Of a stretch of DNA of 64,000 nt, positions 16,820 to 26,125 are shown in pieces (position 1 is the stretch's first letter; every line of letters begins with the position of its first letter). The notes beneath the pieces were generated by a model. That model worked only from the letters and a program-made list of their open reading frames with translations. It made no database searches and was not told where the DNA came from. Source of the DNA: Synechococcus sp. UW140. Its GTDB lineage: Bacteria > Actinomycetota > Actinomycetes > Actinomycetales > Microbacteriaceae. The stretch is taken from assembly GCA_943367555.1 (NCBI GenBank), contig CALRJN020000012.1, positions 12,335-76,334 on the forward strand, written 5' to 3'. A program made the translations under genes and the position numbers.

Positions 16820-17755
16820 ATGACTGCGAGCGTGACGGATGCCCCCGCCGCCGTCACGACCTACGCCCCCGCCGATCCCGTGAGCCTGTCGGCCACGCTC
16901 GGGCCACTGCGGCGGGGGACCGGTGATCCCACCTTCCGAACCGACCCCACCGGAGTGTGGCGCACGCTCCGCACCCCCGACGGCCCGGCGACCCTCCACC
17001 TCGCCCGCACCCCGCACGGGATCGACGCGCGGGCCTGGGGTCCGGGCGCCGCGTGGGCGATCGACGGGGTGCCCGAGCTCCTCGGCGAGGGCGATGACTG
17101 GGCGGGGCTCGACGTCGGCGGCACACCGCTCCTGGCCGAGTCGTGGCGTCGACGGCCCGGCCTGCGGCTCACCCGCACCCGGCAGGTGTTCGAGATGATG
17201 ACCGCGGCGATCCTCGAGCAGAAGGTCACCGGTGTGCAGGCGCGCTCATCGTGGCGCTGGCTGCTCGCGCGGCACGGCGACCCCGCCCCGGGGCCGGCGC
17301 CCGAGGGGATGCGGGTGTTCCCCGCGGCCGAGGTCTGGCGCCGTATCCCGTCGTGGGAGTGGCATCGGGCCGGCGTGGGGCCGGATCGCTCGGCCGCGAT
17401 CCTGCGGGCGGCGGGGGTCGCGGCATCCCTCGAGCGCACGCTCGCGCGCGGGCGGGGCGGACCGGACGTCGAGCGCGCGCTGCGCAGCATCCCGGGCGTC
17501 GGGGTCTGGACCGCGGCCGAGACGATGCAGCGCGCCCACGGCGACCCGGACTCGCCGAGCGTGGGCGACTACCACCTCCCGGCGCTCGTCGGCTGGGCCC
17601 TCGTGGGCGAGCCCGTGGATGACGCGGGGATGCTCGAACTCCTCGCCCCGTGGGCGGGCCACCGGCACCGCGTCGTGCGGTTGATCGAGCTGAGCGGCGT
17701 CGAGAAGCCGCGATTCGGGCCGAGGGCGACGATCCAGGATCACCGCGGGCACTAG
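16820..17755 (+). CDS. DNA-3-methyladenine glycosylase 2 (AlkA / HhH-GPD) family protein
   Basis: FEMMTAAILEQKVTGVQARSSW...IPGVGVWTAAETMQRAHGDPDSPSVGDYHL is a helix-hairpin-helix GPD signature with the catalytic Asp region. Confidence 0.65.
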   Translation: MTASVTDAPAAVTTYAPADPVSLSATLGPLRRGTGDPTFRTDPTGVWRTLRTPDGPATLHLARTPHGIDARAWGPGAAWAIDGVPELLGEGDDWAGLDVGGTPLLAESWRRRPGLRLTRTRQVFEMMTAAILEQKVTGVQARSSWRWLLARHGDPAPGPAPEGMRVFPAAEVWRRIPSWEWHRAGVGPDRSAAILRAAGVAASLERTLARGRGGPDVERALRSIPGVGVWTAAETMQRAHGDPDSPSVGDYHLPALVGWALVGEPVDDAGMLELLAPWAGHRHRVVRLIELSGVEKPRFGPRATIQDHRGH

Positions 17756-17911
17756 CCGGGCGCTGTCGCTGGGACTGCGGCCCACCTCCACGCGTGCCTG
17801 GCCACCCGGCCCGCATCCCCCGCAGCCCGACCACGCCGTCCGTCTCCCCTGAGGCCTGGCACCCGGCCGCATCTCTGGCGGAGACCACCGGGCCGTGGGC
17901 GACCTGCCCGG

Positions 17912-17971
17912 CGTTCTGGCGGATCAGGACGATCTCTCGACGTCAAGACAACGTCCTGATCCGCCAGAACG
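17912..17971. repeat. perfect 20-bp inverted repeat (hairpin, 20-nt loop) in a 386-nt non-coding gap
   Basis: cgttctggcggatcaggacg (17912..17931) and its exact reverse complement cgtcctgatccgccagaacg (17952..17971). Confidence 0.9.
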
Positions 17972-18141
17972 ATCGGCCAGAGCAACCCGTCCTCCTCAGA
18001 ACCTCAGTTATCGAGCTCGCCCGGCGGCAGGCCGACCGCTGCCGGAGAAAAGCTCCAAAGGCACCGCAGCGATGCCCGAGCGAGTTGTGGGCGCACTCAA
18101 GGCTCGCCCGAGAGAACGCCCGAGCGCACTACCCTGACGCG

Positions 18142-18693
18142 GTGCACCTGATCTTCCGGACCATCTACCACCTGTTCCGCAGTCGCCGTCGGCCGCCGCT
18201 GGGGATGCGCGACGTCAGCCGCGTTCCGATGCGCGTGCTGCCGACCGACCTCGACATCCTCGGCCACATGAACAACGGCGTCTACCTGTCGATCATGGAT
18301 CTCGGCCGCATGGACCTCATGATCCGGGAGGGCTTCTGGGCGAAGCTGCGCGCCGAGAAGATGTATCCGGTCATGGTGAGCGAGACGATCACGTTCCGCC
18401 GGTCGCTGCACCCCTGGGAGCACTTCATCCTCGAGACCCGCGTGATCGGCGTGGATGAGAAGGCCGTCTACGTGGAGCAGCGCTTCGTGATCGACGGCGA
18501 GATCGCCGCGCAGGCGATGACCCGCGCGCGCTTCCTCCAGGCCGACTCCGGCACCGTCTCGATCGAGCGGCTCTCGGAGCTCGCCGGCACGGACCTCCGC
18601 GACCACCCGGTGCCCGCGTGGGCGCTCGAGTGGGCTGCCGCGGTGGCGCTGCCCGCCCGCCGCGACGCCGCGCCGAGCGTCTGGGAGGACTGA
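18142..18693 (+). CDS. acyl-CoA thioesterase (hotdog fold, 4HBT-like)
   Basis: In-frame GTG 18142 gives VHLIFRTIYHLF...RVLPTDLDILGHMNNGVYLSIMDLGR...; the upstream part of track ORF 17650.. is Arg/Pro-rich noise. Confidence 0.6.
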   Translation: MHLIFRTIYHLFRSRRRPPLGMRDVSRVPMRVLPTDLDILGHMNNGVYLSIMDLGRMDLMIREGFWAKLRAEKMYPVMVSETITFRRSLHPWEHFILETRVIGVDEKAVYVEQRFVIDGEIAAQAMTRARFLQADSGTVSIERLSELAGTDLRDHPVPAWALEWAAAVALPARRDAAPSVWED

Positions 18694-18694
18694 C

Positions 18695-19120
18695 TCAGCT
18701 CGGCGGCCAGGCCACGGGGTCGCCGTCCATCGCGAGCCGCTCGTAGTAGGGGCGCTGGGTGGGCGCGTAGTCGGATTCGCGGGGAGCGGCGTGGCCCTCG
18801 ATCCCGGCGACGAGCCGGTCGAGCCGGAACTCCCAGAGCGGCCCGCGGGCCCCGGCCTCACGCCAGCCCGGCAGGCGCTCGCGGAGAAAGACGACGGTCG
18901 CGCCATCCGCCTCGACGAGGGAGAGGGTCGTGATCTCGTCGATGATGACGCGGTCCCCGTCGCGTTCCACGACGGATGCGGGAGCCCCGAGCCAGGACTT
19001 GCGCCGGGATGCCGTGGTGAGCCACGAACGCACGGTCGCGGCATCCACCGGGATCGATCGCTCGAGCAGCAGTTCCAGCCCTCGCGCGTCCCGCGCGATG
19101 CGACCCGTCGCCTGCACCAT
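18695..19120 (-). CDS. SRPBCC / AHSA1-like domain protein
   Basis: LELLLERSIPVDAATVRSWLT...GPLWEFRLDRLVAGIEG resembles the Aha1/SRPBCC family. Low-information call. Confidence 0.5.
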   Translation of the reverse strand: MVQATGRIARDARGLELLLERSIPVDAATVRSWLTTASRRKSWLGAPASVVERDGDRVIIDEITTLSLVEADGATVVFLRERLPGWREAGARGPLWEFRLDRLVAGIEGHAAPRESDYAPTQRPYYERLAMDGDPVAWPPS

Positions 19121-19129
19121 GGGGCGAGC

Positions 19130-20698
19130 CTAGTCCGCCTCGAGCACCGCCATCGCGGCGTTGTGGCCGCCGATCGCGCTGACGCCACCGCCGCGCTGAG
19201 CGCCCGCCCCGCAGAGCAGGATGCGCGGATGCCGCGTCGCCACTCCCCAGCGCTGCGCCGGGGTCGCGAGCTCCGCGTCGTCCTCGGCGAAGGGCCACGA
19301 GAGGGGCGCATGGAAGATGTTGCCGCCGGGGAGGCCGAGGGCGTGCTCGAGGTCGAGGGTCGTCTTGGTCTCCACGGTAGGGCGACCGTCGGCATCCGTG
19401 AGCAGCAGCGACTCGATCGGCTCGGCGAGCACGCTGTCGAGCGAGGCGAGCACTGCGGCCTGCAACTCCGCGCGCCGCGCGTCGTTCGTCGCCTCGGTCA
19501 CGAGCCGGTCCGGCGCGTGCAGGCCGAACACGGTGAGGGTGTGGGCCCCGGACTCGCGCAGCTCGGGGCTCAGGATGGTCGGATCGGTGAGCGAGTGGCA
19601 GTAGATCTCGCATGGCAGGGGGTCAGGGATGCCGCCGGCCGCCGCCGTGTCGTAGGCCGTCTGCAGCTGGGTCCACGTCTCGTTGATGTGGAAGGTGCCG
19701 CCGAACGCCGCCGCCGGATCGACCGTCGAGTCCTTGAGGCGAGGGAGGCGCGAGAGCAGGAGATTGACCTTGACCTGGGCTCCCTCGACCGCAGGACCCG
19801 TCGGTGAGGTCTCGCCGAGCTCGACCCGCGGGAGGAGGGATTCCAGCACGGCCGGCGCCACGTTGGCGAGCACCCAGGTCGCCCCGAGCCGTCGCTCTTC
19901 GCCGCCCCGCACATAGGTCACCTCGCCGTCGGGCGTGATCTCCGTCACCTCGGCCCCGGTGAGCAACTCGGCTCCGGCAAACCTCGCGGCCCGAGCCAGT
20001 TCGCCGGTCACCGCGCCCATGCCGCCGACCGGAACGTCCCAGTCCCCCGTGCCGCCGCCGATCACGTGATACGCGAAGCAGCGGTTGCCCGCGAGGGTGG
20101 GGTCGATGTTGGGGGCGAACGTGCCGATGAGCGCGTCGGTGAGCACGACGCCGCGCACGACATCGCCGAAGAACGTGCGCTCGATCGTCTCGCCGATCGG
20201 CCGCTCGATGAGATCGCGCCAGAGGGCGTCATCCCCCACGGCGGCGCGGGCCTCGGCGCGCGTGAGCAGCGGCTCGGTGACCGTGGGGAACAGCGCCCGC
20301 GCCAGCCGCGCCGTGCCGTCGTAGAAGCTCGACCAGGCCGACGCGTCGGCGCCGAGGGCGTGGGCGGTCGCGGCGGCATCCGCGTTGTCCACGAGCACCC
20401 CGCGATCGGTGCCTGGCTCGGGCGTGTAGCTGGAGTATCGCCGCCGCGCGAGGGTGATCTCGAGCCCGAGGTCCCGGATGACGCGGGCGGGCAGCAACGA
20501 GACGAGATACGAGTACCGCGACAGCCGAGCATCCACCCCTGCGAAGGCGGGAGCGGAGATCGCGGCACCCCCGAGCACGTCGAGCCGCTCGAGCACGGTG
20601 ACGCGCTTGCCCGCGAGCGCGAGGTAGGCGGCCGCGGCGAGGCCGTTGTGCCCGCCGCCCACGATCACGACGTCGCGCCGGGTCGAGTGGTCAGGCAT
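19130..20698 (-). CDS. NAD(P)/FAD-dependent oxidoreductase (phytoene-dehydrogenase-related, COG1233-like)
   Basis: DVVIVGGGHNGLAAAAYLALAGKRVTVLERLDVLGGAA dinucleotide fold; 522 aa. Start overlaps the MarR stop by 8 nt. Confidence 0.75.
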   Translation of the reverse strand: MPDHSTRRDVVIVGGGHNGLAAAAYLALAGKRVTVLERLDVLGGAAISAPAFAGVDARLSRYSYLVSLLPARVIRDLGLEITLARRRYSSYTPEPGTDRGVLVDNADAAATAHALGADASAWSSFYDGTARLARALFPTVTEPLLTRAEARAAVGDDALWRDLIERPIGETIERTFFGDVVRGVVLTDALIGTFAPNIDPTLAGNRCFAYHVIGGGTGDWDVPVGGMGAVTGELARAARFAGAELLTGAEVTEITPDGEVTYVRGGEERRLGATWVLANVAPAVLESLLPRVELGETSPTGPAVEGAQVKVNLLLSRLPRLKDSTVDPAAAFGGTFHINETWTQLQTAYDTAAAGGIPDPLPCEIYCHSLTDPTILSPELRESGAHTLTVFGLHAPDRLVTEATNDARRAELQAAVLASLDSVLAEPIESLLLTDADGRPTVETKTTLDLEHALGLPGGNIFHAPLSWPFAEDDAELATPAQRWGVATRHPRILLCGAGAQRGGGVSAIGGHNAAMAVLEAD

Positions 20699-21176
20699 CG
20701 ACGGCCCCCGTCACCTCGTCGCACAGGGGCGGAGCGATCGCGCCGAGCACGCGGTGCGAGATCTGGAGCAACTGGGCCTGCTCCGATTCGTCGAGCAGAT
20801 CGAGGAAGTACTCGCGCACGACCTCGGTGCGGTCCGTGATTGCGGCGACCACCGAGCGCGTGCCCTCCGGGGTGATCGTGAGCCAGACGCCGCGAGCGTC
20901 GTCGTCGCACTCCTCGCGCGCCACAAGCCCCCGCGACTCCATCCGGGTGAGCTGGTGGGAGACGCGGCTCTTCTCCCAGTCGATGAGGTCGGCGATGCGG
21001 CCGGCCCTCAGCCGGTGACCGGGCTCCTCGTGCAGGGCGAGGAGGATCTCGAAGTCGGCGGTGGAGATGCCCGCGTCGGCGTTCAGGCGACGCTCGAGCG
21101 TCACGTCGAGCTGGCGGCGCATGTGGCGGAACGTCATCCACACATCACGCTCGCGATCGGTGAGGGCACGCGTCAT
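20691..21176 (-). CDS. MarR family transcriptional regulator
   Basis: 161-aa tail of track ORF 20691..24587, starting at cat 21174..21176. STADFEILLALHEEPGHRLRAGRIADLIDWEKSRVSHQLTRMESRGLVARE is a winged HTH. Confidence 0.8.
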   Translation of the reverse strand: MTRALTDRERDVWMTFRHMRRQLDVTLERRLNADAGISTADFEILLALHEEPGHRLRAGRIADLIDWEKSRVSHQLTRMESRGLVAREECDDDARGVWLTITPEGTRSVVAAITDRTEVVREYFLDLLDESEQAQLLQISHRVLGAIAPPLCDEVTGAVDA

Positions 21177-21290
21177 CGCCCCAGTGTAGGCCCGGGATTG
21201 AAGAGGATTCCTGCGTGGATGCCCCTCCAGACGCACGAGTCCGGCGCTCAGCGGCGGTCTTCGCCGGATGCGCGCGGTTAGGCTCTCTCC

Positions 21291-24200
21291 ATGCTGTCGC
21301 CGGAGTCCGAGCCGAACCCGTCCGCCGCCGGCCCGCTCGCGCCGCAGACCCTCGCGACGGTGCGACGCTGGCTCACCGAGAGCACCGGCGTGCGCCCGGA
21401 TGCCGCCGCCGCCCGCCTCGCCGGTCTGCTCAAGGACCCGAAGGGGCTCGACTTCACCCTCGGATTCGTCGACCGGGTGGTGCGCCCCGAGGACGTGCGC
21501 GTCGCGGGCCGCAACTTCGAGCGGCTGAGTCACGCGATCCCCGCGTTCCTGCCCTGGTACCTGCGCTTCGCGATCGTGGTCGGCGGCGGGTTCGCGCCGC
21601 TGCTGCCCTGGGTCATCGTGCCGATCGCGCGCTGGGTGCTGCGCCGGATGGTGCGGCACCTCGTCATCGACGCCACCCCCACTCGACTCACCAAGACCCT
21701 CGCCCGGTTGCGATCGGACGGACTGCGACTCAATCTCAACCTGCTCGGGGAGGCCGTGCTCGGCGACGAGGAGGCCGCTCGTCGGCTGGAGGGCACCCGC
21801 GAACTGCTCGAGCGCGACGACGTGGACTACGTCTCGATCAAGGTGTCGTCGGTCGCGAGCCAGCTGTCGATGTGGGCCTTCGACGAGATGGTCGAGAAGG
21901 TCGTCGCGCGCCTCACGCCGCTCTACGAGTACGCGGCGGCGTCGCCGACTCCCAAGTTCATCAACCTCGACATGGAGGAGTACCGCGACCTCGACCTCAC
22001 CGTCGCGGTGTTCGAGCGACTGCTCGACCAGCCCCGGCTGCGTGGCCTCGAGGCGGGAATCGTGCTGCAGGCGTATCTGCCCGACGCCCTCGGGGCGCTC
22101 CAGGGGCTCACGGCGTGGGCGACCGAGCGTCGGGCCGGCGGTGGTGCGGGCATCAAGGTGCGCGTCGTCAAGGGGGCCAACCTCGCGATGGAGCACGTCG
22201 ACGCGACGATGCACGACTGGCCGCTGGCCACGTGGGGCACCAAGCAGGAGACCGACACCAACTACAAGCGCGTGCTCGACTGGGCGATGACGCCCGAGCG
22301 CACCGCCGCGGTGCGGCTCGGCGTCGCCGGACACAACCTCTTCGACGCGGCCTGGGCCTGGCTGCTCGCGGGGCAGCGCGGCGTCGCCGACCGGGTCGAG
22401 TTCGAGATGCTCGCGGGCATGGCCACCGGTCAGGCGGATGCCGTGGCCCGCGATGTCGGCGGCCTCCTGCTCTACACGCCCGTCGTGCACCCGAAGGAGT
22501 TCGACTCGGCGATCAGCTACCTCGTTCGTCGCCTCGAGGAGAACGCGAGCCCGGAGAACTTCATGTCGGGCGTCTTCGAGCTGGCGACGGATGACGCGAT
22601 CTTCGCGCGCGAGTCCGACCGGTTCCTCGCCTCCCTTGCCGCCCTCGACGAGTCGGTGCCCGAACCCCACCGCCTGCAGAACCGCTCCGGCGTGCTCGAG
22701 GTCGCGCCCCCGTCCGGCTTCCGCAACGAGCCCGACACCGATCCGTCGATCGCGATCAACCGCGCGTGGGCCCGGCGCGTGCTCGAGCGCAGCGCCGACT
22801 CGCGGCTCGGGCAGGGCACGATCGCGCTCGCTGAGGTCACCGACGCGACGGTGCTCGAGCAGCGGATCCGGGCGGCGGCCGGCGCCGGCGACGCGTGGGG
22901 CGCACGGTCCGTGGGCGACCGCTCCTGCATCCTGCACGACGCCGGCGACGTGCTTGCCGCCTTCCGCGGACGGCTCGCCGAGGTCATGGCCAGCGAGACC
23001 GGCAAGACGATCGCCGAGGGCGACGTGGAGGTGAGCGAGGCGATCGACTTCGCCCACTACTACGCGGACCGCGCGCTCGAACTCGACGTCGTGGAGGGGG
23101 CGACCTACCTGCCGCCGCGGCTGACCGTCGTCACCCCGCCGTGGAACTTCCCCGTGGCGATCCCCGCGGGCTCCGTGCTCTCCGCGCTCGCCGCGGGCAG
23201 CGCCGTGATCATCAAGCCCGCGCCGCAGGCCCGCCGCAGCGCGGCCGTGATGGTGGAGGCGCTCTGGGAGGCGGGGGTTCCGCGCGACGTGCTCGTGCTC
23301 GTCGATCTCGAGGAGGGCGCCCTCGGCCGCCAGCTCGTGAGTCACCCGGAGGTCGACCGCGTCATCCTCACCGGCTCGTGGGAGACCGCGGCCCTGTTCC
23401 GCTCCTGGCGCGCCGACCTGCCCCTGCTCGCGGAGACGAGCGGCAAGAACGCGATCATCGTCACCCCGAGCGCCGACCTCGACCTCGCGGTCGGGGATGT
23501 CGTGCGCAGCGCCTTCGGGCACGCCGGCCAGAAGTGCTCGGCCGCGTCGCTCGTGATCCTCGTCGGGTCGGTCGGGCGCAGCGAACGCTTCGAGCGCCAG
23601 CTCGCGGATGCCGTGCGCACCCTGCGCGTGGGCTACCCCCAGCAGTCGGAGGCCCAGATGGGCCCCCTCGTGGAGCCGGCGTCGGGCAAACTCCTGGCCG
23701 CCCTCACGACGTTGGACGAGGGCGAGCGCTGGGTCGTCAAGCCCCGCCCCCTCGACGAGTCCGGCCGCCTGTGGAGCCCGGGGGTGCGCGCAGGCGTGGC
23801 CGCGGGCAGCACGTTCCACCTCACCGAGTACTTCGGGCCGGTGCTCGGCATCATGACCGCGGCGACGCTCGACGAGGCCATCGCCCTGCAGAACGCGGTG
23901 GCCTACGGGCTGACGGCCGGCATCCACTCGCTCGACACTCGCGAGGTGGCACACTGGCTCGACACCGTGGAGGCGGGCAACCTCTACGTCAACCGCGGCA
24001 TCACGGGCGCGATCGTGCGTCGCCAGCCGTTCGGTGGCTGGAAGCGGTCCACCGTCGGCACCGGAGCCAAGGCCGGGGGCCCCAACTACGTGCTCACCCT
24101 CGGGCGCTGGGCCCCGGTGGAGGTCGAGCCCGAGAACAACCTCGTGATCTCGGGTCTCTCGCGCCGGGTCGCCTCGGTCGTCAAGCGCGCACAGGGTGGC

Positions 24201-24755
24201 CTCGACTTCGAGGCGTTCGACCGGGTGCGCCGGGCCGCGGAGAGCGACGAGCGCGCGTGGGTGGACGAGTACGGCACGGCACGGGATGTCTCGGCCCTCG
24301 GCGTGGAGCGCAACGTGTTCCGCTACCGTCCGGCGCCCGTCACGATCCGACTCTCCGATGGCGCGCCGCTCGGCCACCTCGTGCGCCTCATCGCCGCCGC
24401 CTCCCTCACGCAATCGCCGATCACGATCAGCACGTCGGTGCCCCTGCCGACGCCGCTCGTGGAGTCGTTCCACGAGCCGCTGCCCGCGGCTCTCGTCGCG
24501 GACATCGTCGTCGAGTCGGATGTGGCCTGGTTGGCGAGGGCCCCACGGCTCACCGGCCGGGTGCGCCTGATCGGCGGCGACCCCCACGCGCTCGCGGAGG
24601 CCGTGGGCGGGTCACCGGATGTCGCGATCCACGCAGGCCCGGTGACGACCTCGGGGCGCCTCGAGCTGCTGCCGTTCCTGCGCGAGCAATCGGTGTCGGT
24701 CACGGCCCACCGGTTCGGCAACCCCGACCGCGACTTCCTCACTCTGCCGATCTGA
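21291..24755 (+). CDS. putA: bifunctional proline dehydrogenase / L-glutamate gamma-semialdehyde dehydrogenase
   Basis: 1154 aa. The N-terminal half is a PRODH barrel (LGEAVLGDEEA..., VSIKVSS..., GIKVRVVKGAN). The C-terminal half is ALDH (PWNFP, ETSGKNA, GQKCSA). Confidence 0.9.
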   Translation: MLSPESEPNPSAAGPLAPQTLATVRRWLTESTGVRPDAAAARLAGLLKDPKGLDFTLGFVDRVVRPEDVRVAGRNFERLSHAIPAFLPWYLRFAIVVGGGFAPLLPWVIVPIARWVLRRMVRHLVIDATPTRLTKTLARLRSDGLRLNLNLLGEAVLGDEEAARRLEGTRELLERDDVDYVSIKVSSVASQLSMWAFDEMVEKVVARLTPLYEYAAASPTPKFINLDMEEYRDLDLTVAVFERLLDQPRLRGLEAGIVLQAYLPDALGALQGLTAWATERRAGGGAGIKVRVVKGANLAMEHVDATMHDWPLATWGTKQETDTNYKRVLDWAMTPERTAAVRLGVAGHNLFDAAWAWLLAGQRGVADRVEFEMLAGMATGQADAVARDVGGLLLYTPVVHPKEFDSAISYLVRRLEENASPENFMSGVFELATDDAIFARESDRFLASLAALDESVPEPHRLQNRSGVLEVAPPSGFRNEPDTDPSIAINRAWARRVLERSADSRLGQGTIALAEVTDATVLEQRIRAAAGAGDAWGARSVGDRSCILHDAGDVLAAFRGRLAEVMASETGKTIAEGDVEVSEAIDFAHYYADRALELDVVEGATYLPPRLTVVTPPWNFPVAIPAGSVLSALAAGSAVIIKPAPQARRSAAVMVEALWEAGVPRDVLVLVDLEEGALGRQLVSHPEVDRVILTGSWETAALFRSWRADLPLLAETSGKNAIIVTPSADLDLAVGDVVRSAFGHAGQKCSAASLVILVGSVGRSERFERQLADAVRTLRVGYPQQSEAQMGPLVEPASGKLLAALTTLDEGERWVVKPRPLDESGRLWSPGVRAGVAAGSTFHLTEYFGPVLGIMTAATLDEAIALQNAVAYGLTAGIHSLDTREVAHWLDTVEAGNLYVNRGITGAIVRRQPFGGWKRSTVGTGAKAGGPNYVLTLGRWAPVEVEPENNLVISGLSRRVASVVKRAQGGLDFEAFDRVRRAAESDERAWVDEYGTARDVSALGVERNVFRYRPAPVTIRLSDGAPLGHLVRLIAAASLTQSPITISTSVPLPTPLVESFHEPLPAALVADIVVESDVAWLARAPRLTGRVRLIGGDPHALAEAVGGSPDVAIHAGPVTTSGRLELLPFLREQSVSVTAHRFGNPDRDFLTLPI

Positions 24756-24803
24756 GCCTGCCGAACCGAGCCCGCCGAACCGGGCCGCCGGTAGCGTGGG
24801 GGC

Positions 24804-25628
24804 ATGATCCCCTCGCTCCCGCTCAACGACGGTCACCGCATCCCCCAGCTCGGGCTGGGCACCTACGGACTGTGGAAGGAGGAGGGCTCCGCCCTCGTCG
24901 CCACGGCGATCGAGCTCGGTTATCGGCACCTCGACACGGCGGCCCGCTACGAGAACGAGGATGCCGTGGGCGAGGGCATCCGACGGGCCGGCATCGACCG
25001 CGAGCTGCTGTTCGTCACCACGAAGCTGGACGGACCCTTCCAGGGCGAGGATCGTGCCGTCGCGGGGCTCGCGGCATCCCTCGACCGCCTCGGGCTCGAC
25101 CACGTCGACCTGCTGCTGATCCACTGGCCGCTGCCCCAGCGCGACCAGTACGTCTCGACGTGGCGCACGTTCGAGCGACTGATGGCGGAGGGCCTCACCC
25201 GGTCCATCGGCGTCTCGAACTTCAAGGCCGCCCACCTCGACCGCCTCGCCGCCGAGACGGGCACTGTGCCCGCGGTGAACCAGATCCAGCTCAATCCGGA
25301 GGTGCCCCGCGAGGCCGAGCGCGCCGACCACGACCGGCGCGGCATCGTCACCGAGTCCTACTCCCCGTTCGGAGGCGGCGGGGCGCCGCTGCTGGATTCC
25401 GCGGAGATCGTCGCGATCGCCCGGCGCCACGCGGTGACACCGGCTCAGGTGGTGACGCGCTGGCACGTGCAGAACGGGCTCGTGGCGATCCCCAAGTCGG
25501 GCAACGCCGCGCGGATGGCGGCCAACCTCGACGTGTTCGAGTTCGAGCTGACTCCCGAGGATCTCGCGTCGATCGCGACCCTCGCGAACCCGTCCGCGGC
25601 GAACGACTCCGACGTCGTGGGTCACTGA
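24804..25628 (+). CDS. aldo/keto reductase (2,5-diketo-D-gluconate reductase-like)
   Basis: IPQLGLGTYGL, GYRHLDTAARYENE, DLLLIHWP, AVNQIQLNP, IPKSGN motifs. Confidence 0.9.
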   Translation: MIPSLPLNDGHRIPQLGLGTYGLWKEEGSALVATAIELGYRHLDTAARYENEDAVGEGIRRAGIDRELLFVTTKLDGPFQGEDRAVAGLAASLDRLGLDHVDLLLIHWPLPQRDQYVSTWRTFERLMAEGLTRSIGVSNFKAAHLDRLAAETGTVPAVNQIQLNPEVPREAERADHDRRGIVTESYSPFGGGGAPLLDSAEIVAIARRHAVTPAQVVTRWHVQNGLVAIPKSGNAARMAANLDVFEFELTPEDLASIATLANPSAANDSDVVGH

Positions 25629-25692
25629 CCCGGCCGGTCACCGACCCGGCGTCACCGACCCAGGGTCACCGCGCCAGGGTCACCGCGCCAGG
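25621..25692. repeat. five tandem copies of a 14-16-nt unit GTCACYGMSCCRGS
   Basis: Copies at 25621..25636, 25637..25650, 25651..25664, 25665..25678, 25679..25692 (the last two are identical gtcaccgcgccagg). The array covers the stop codons of both convergent genes. Confidence 0.85.
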
Positions 25693-26051
25693 GCGGTCCT
25701 GACGAACTCGACCGCCTGATCGGCCGGGATGCCGAGGCGGCGGGCCCGGTCCGCGTAGTCGCTCGCGGCGAGCTGGAGGGACGCCTCCGGACTGTCCTGG
25801 GCGCTCACGACGGTGCCGTTGCGCCCCCGCGTCTCGAGCACGCCGTCCTGCTCGAGCAACCGGTAGACGCGCGCCACCGTGTACGGGGCCACGCCGAGCG
25901 AGTCGGCGAGCTGGCGCACGGGGGGCAGCTTGGTCCCCGCGATGAGGGTGCCCGCCTTCACCTGCTCCAGGATCTGGGTGCGCAGCTGCTCGTAGAGGGT
26001 GACCGAGGAGTCGTGATCGACGGTGAACATGCGGCTAAAGGCTCCGTTCAT
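25680..26051 (-). CDS. GntR family transcriptional regulator (short YtrA/YhcF-like)
   Basis: LYEQLRTQILEQVKAGTLIAGTKLPPVRQLADSLGVAPYTVARVYRLLEQDGVLETRGRNGTVV is a GntR wHTH. Start may be the second Met (26030). Confidence 0.75.
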   Translation of the reverse strand: MNGAFSRMFTVDHDSSVTLYEQLRTQILEQVKAGTLIAGTKLPPVRQLADSLGVAPYTVARVYRLLEQDGVLETRGRNGTVVSAQDSPEASLQLAASDYADRARRLGIPADQAVEFVRTALAR

Positions 26052-26055
26052 TCAA

Positions 26056-26078
26056 CCGGGGAGGCGCAGCCTCCCCGG
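26056..26078 (-). terminator. GC-rich hairpin downstream of the asnC-family gene
   Basis: ccggggaggc gca gcctccccgg. A second 8-bp IR gcgattgc gat gcaatcgc lies at 26091..26109. Confidence 0.35.
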
Positions 26079-26125
26079 CGCTGGCGTCGCGCGATTGCGA
26101 TGCAATCGCCATGGCTCCAGCGCGC

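Noticed and set aside
19130-20698. Phytoene-desaturase-family oxidoreductase as the carotenoid/retinal supply for the rhodopsin
   Set aside because: It is 33 kb away and paired with its own MarR regulator. By eye it resembles the generic COG1233/PYROXD2-like oxidoreductases rather than CrtI. No crtE/B/Y or blh accompanies it.
21177-24587. Upstream 1137 aa of the 1298-aa minus-strand ORF 20691..24587
   Set aside because: Only the last 161 aa (MarR, 20691..21176) look like a real protein. The rest is Arg/Gly/His-rich antisense of putA, whose plus-strand product has clear PRODH and ALDH motifs.
25621-25692. Possible CRISPR array
   Set aside because: The units are contiguous 14-16-nt copies with no spacers, and no cas genes are present. 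It is a short tandem duplication, not CRISPR.
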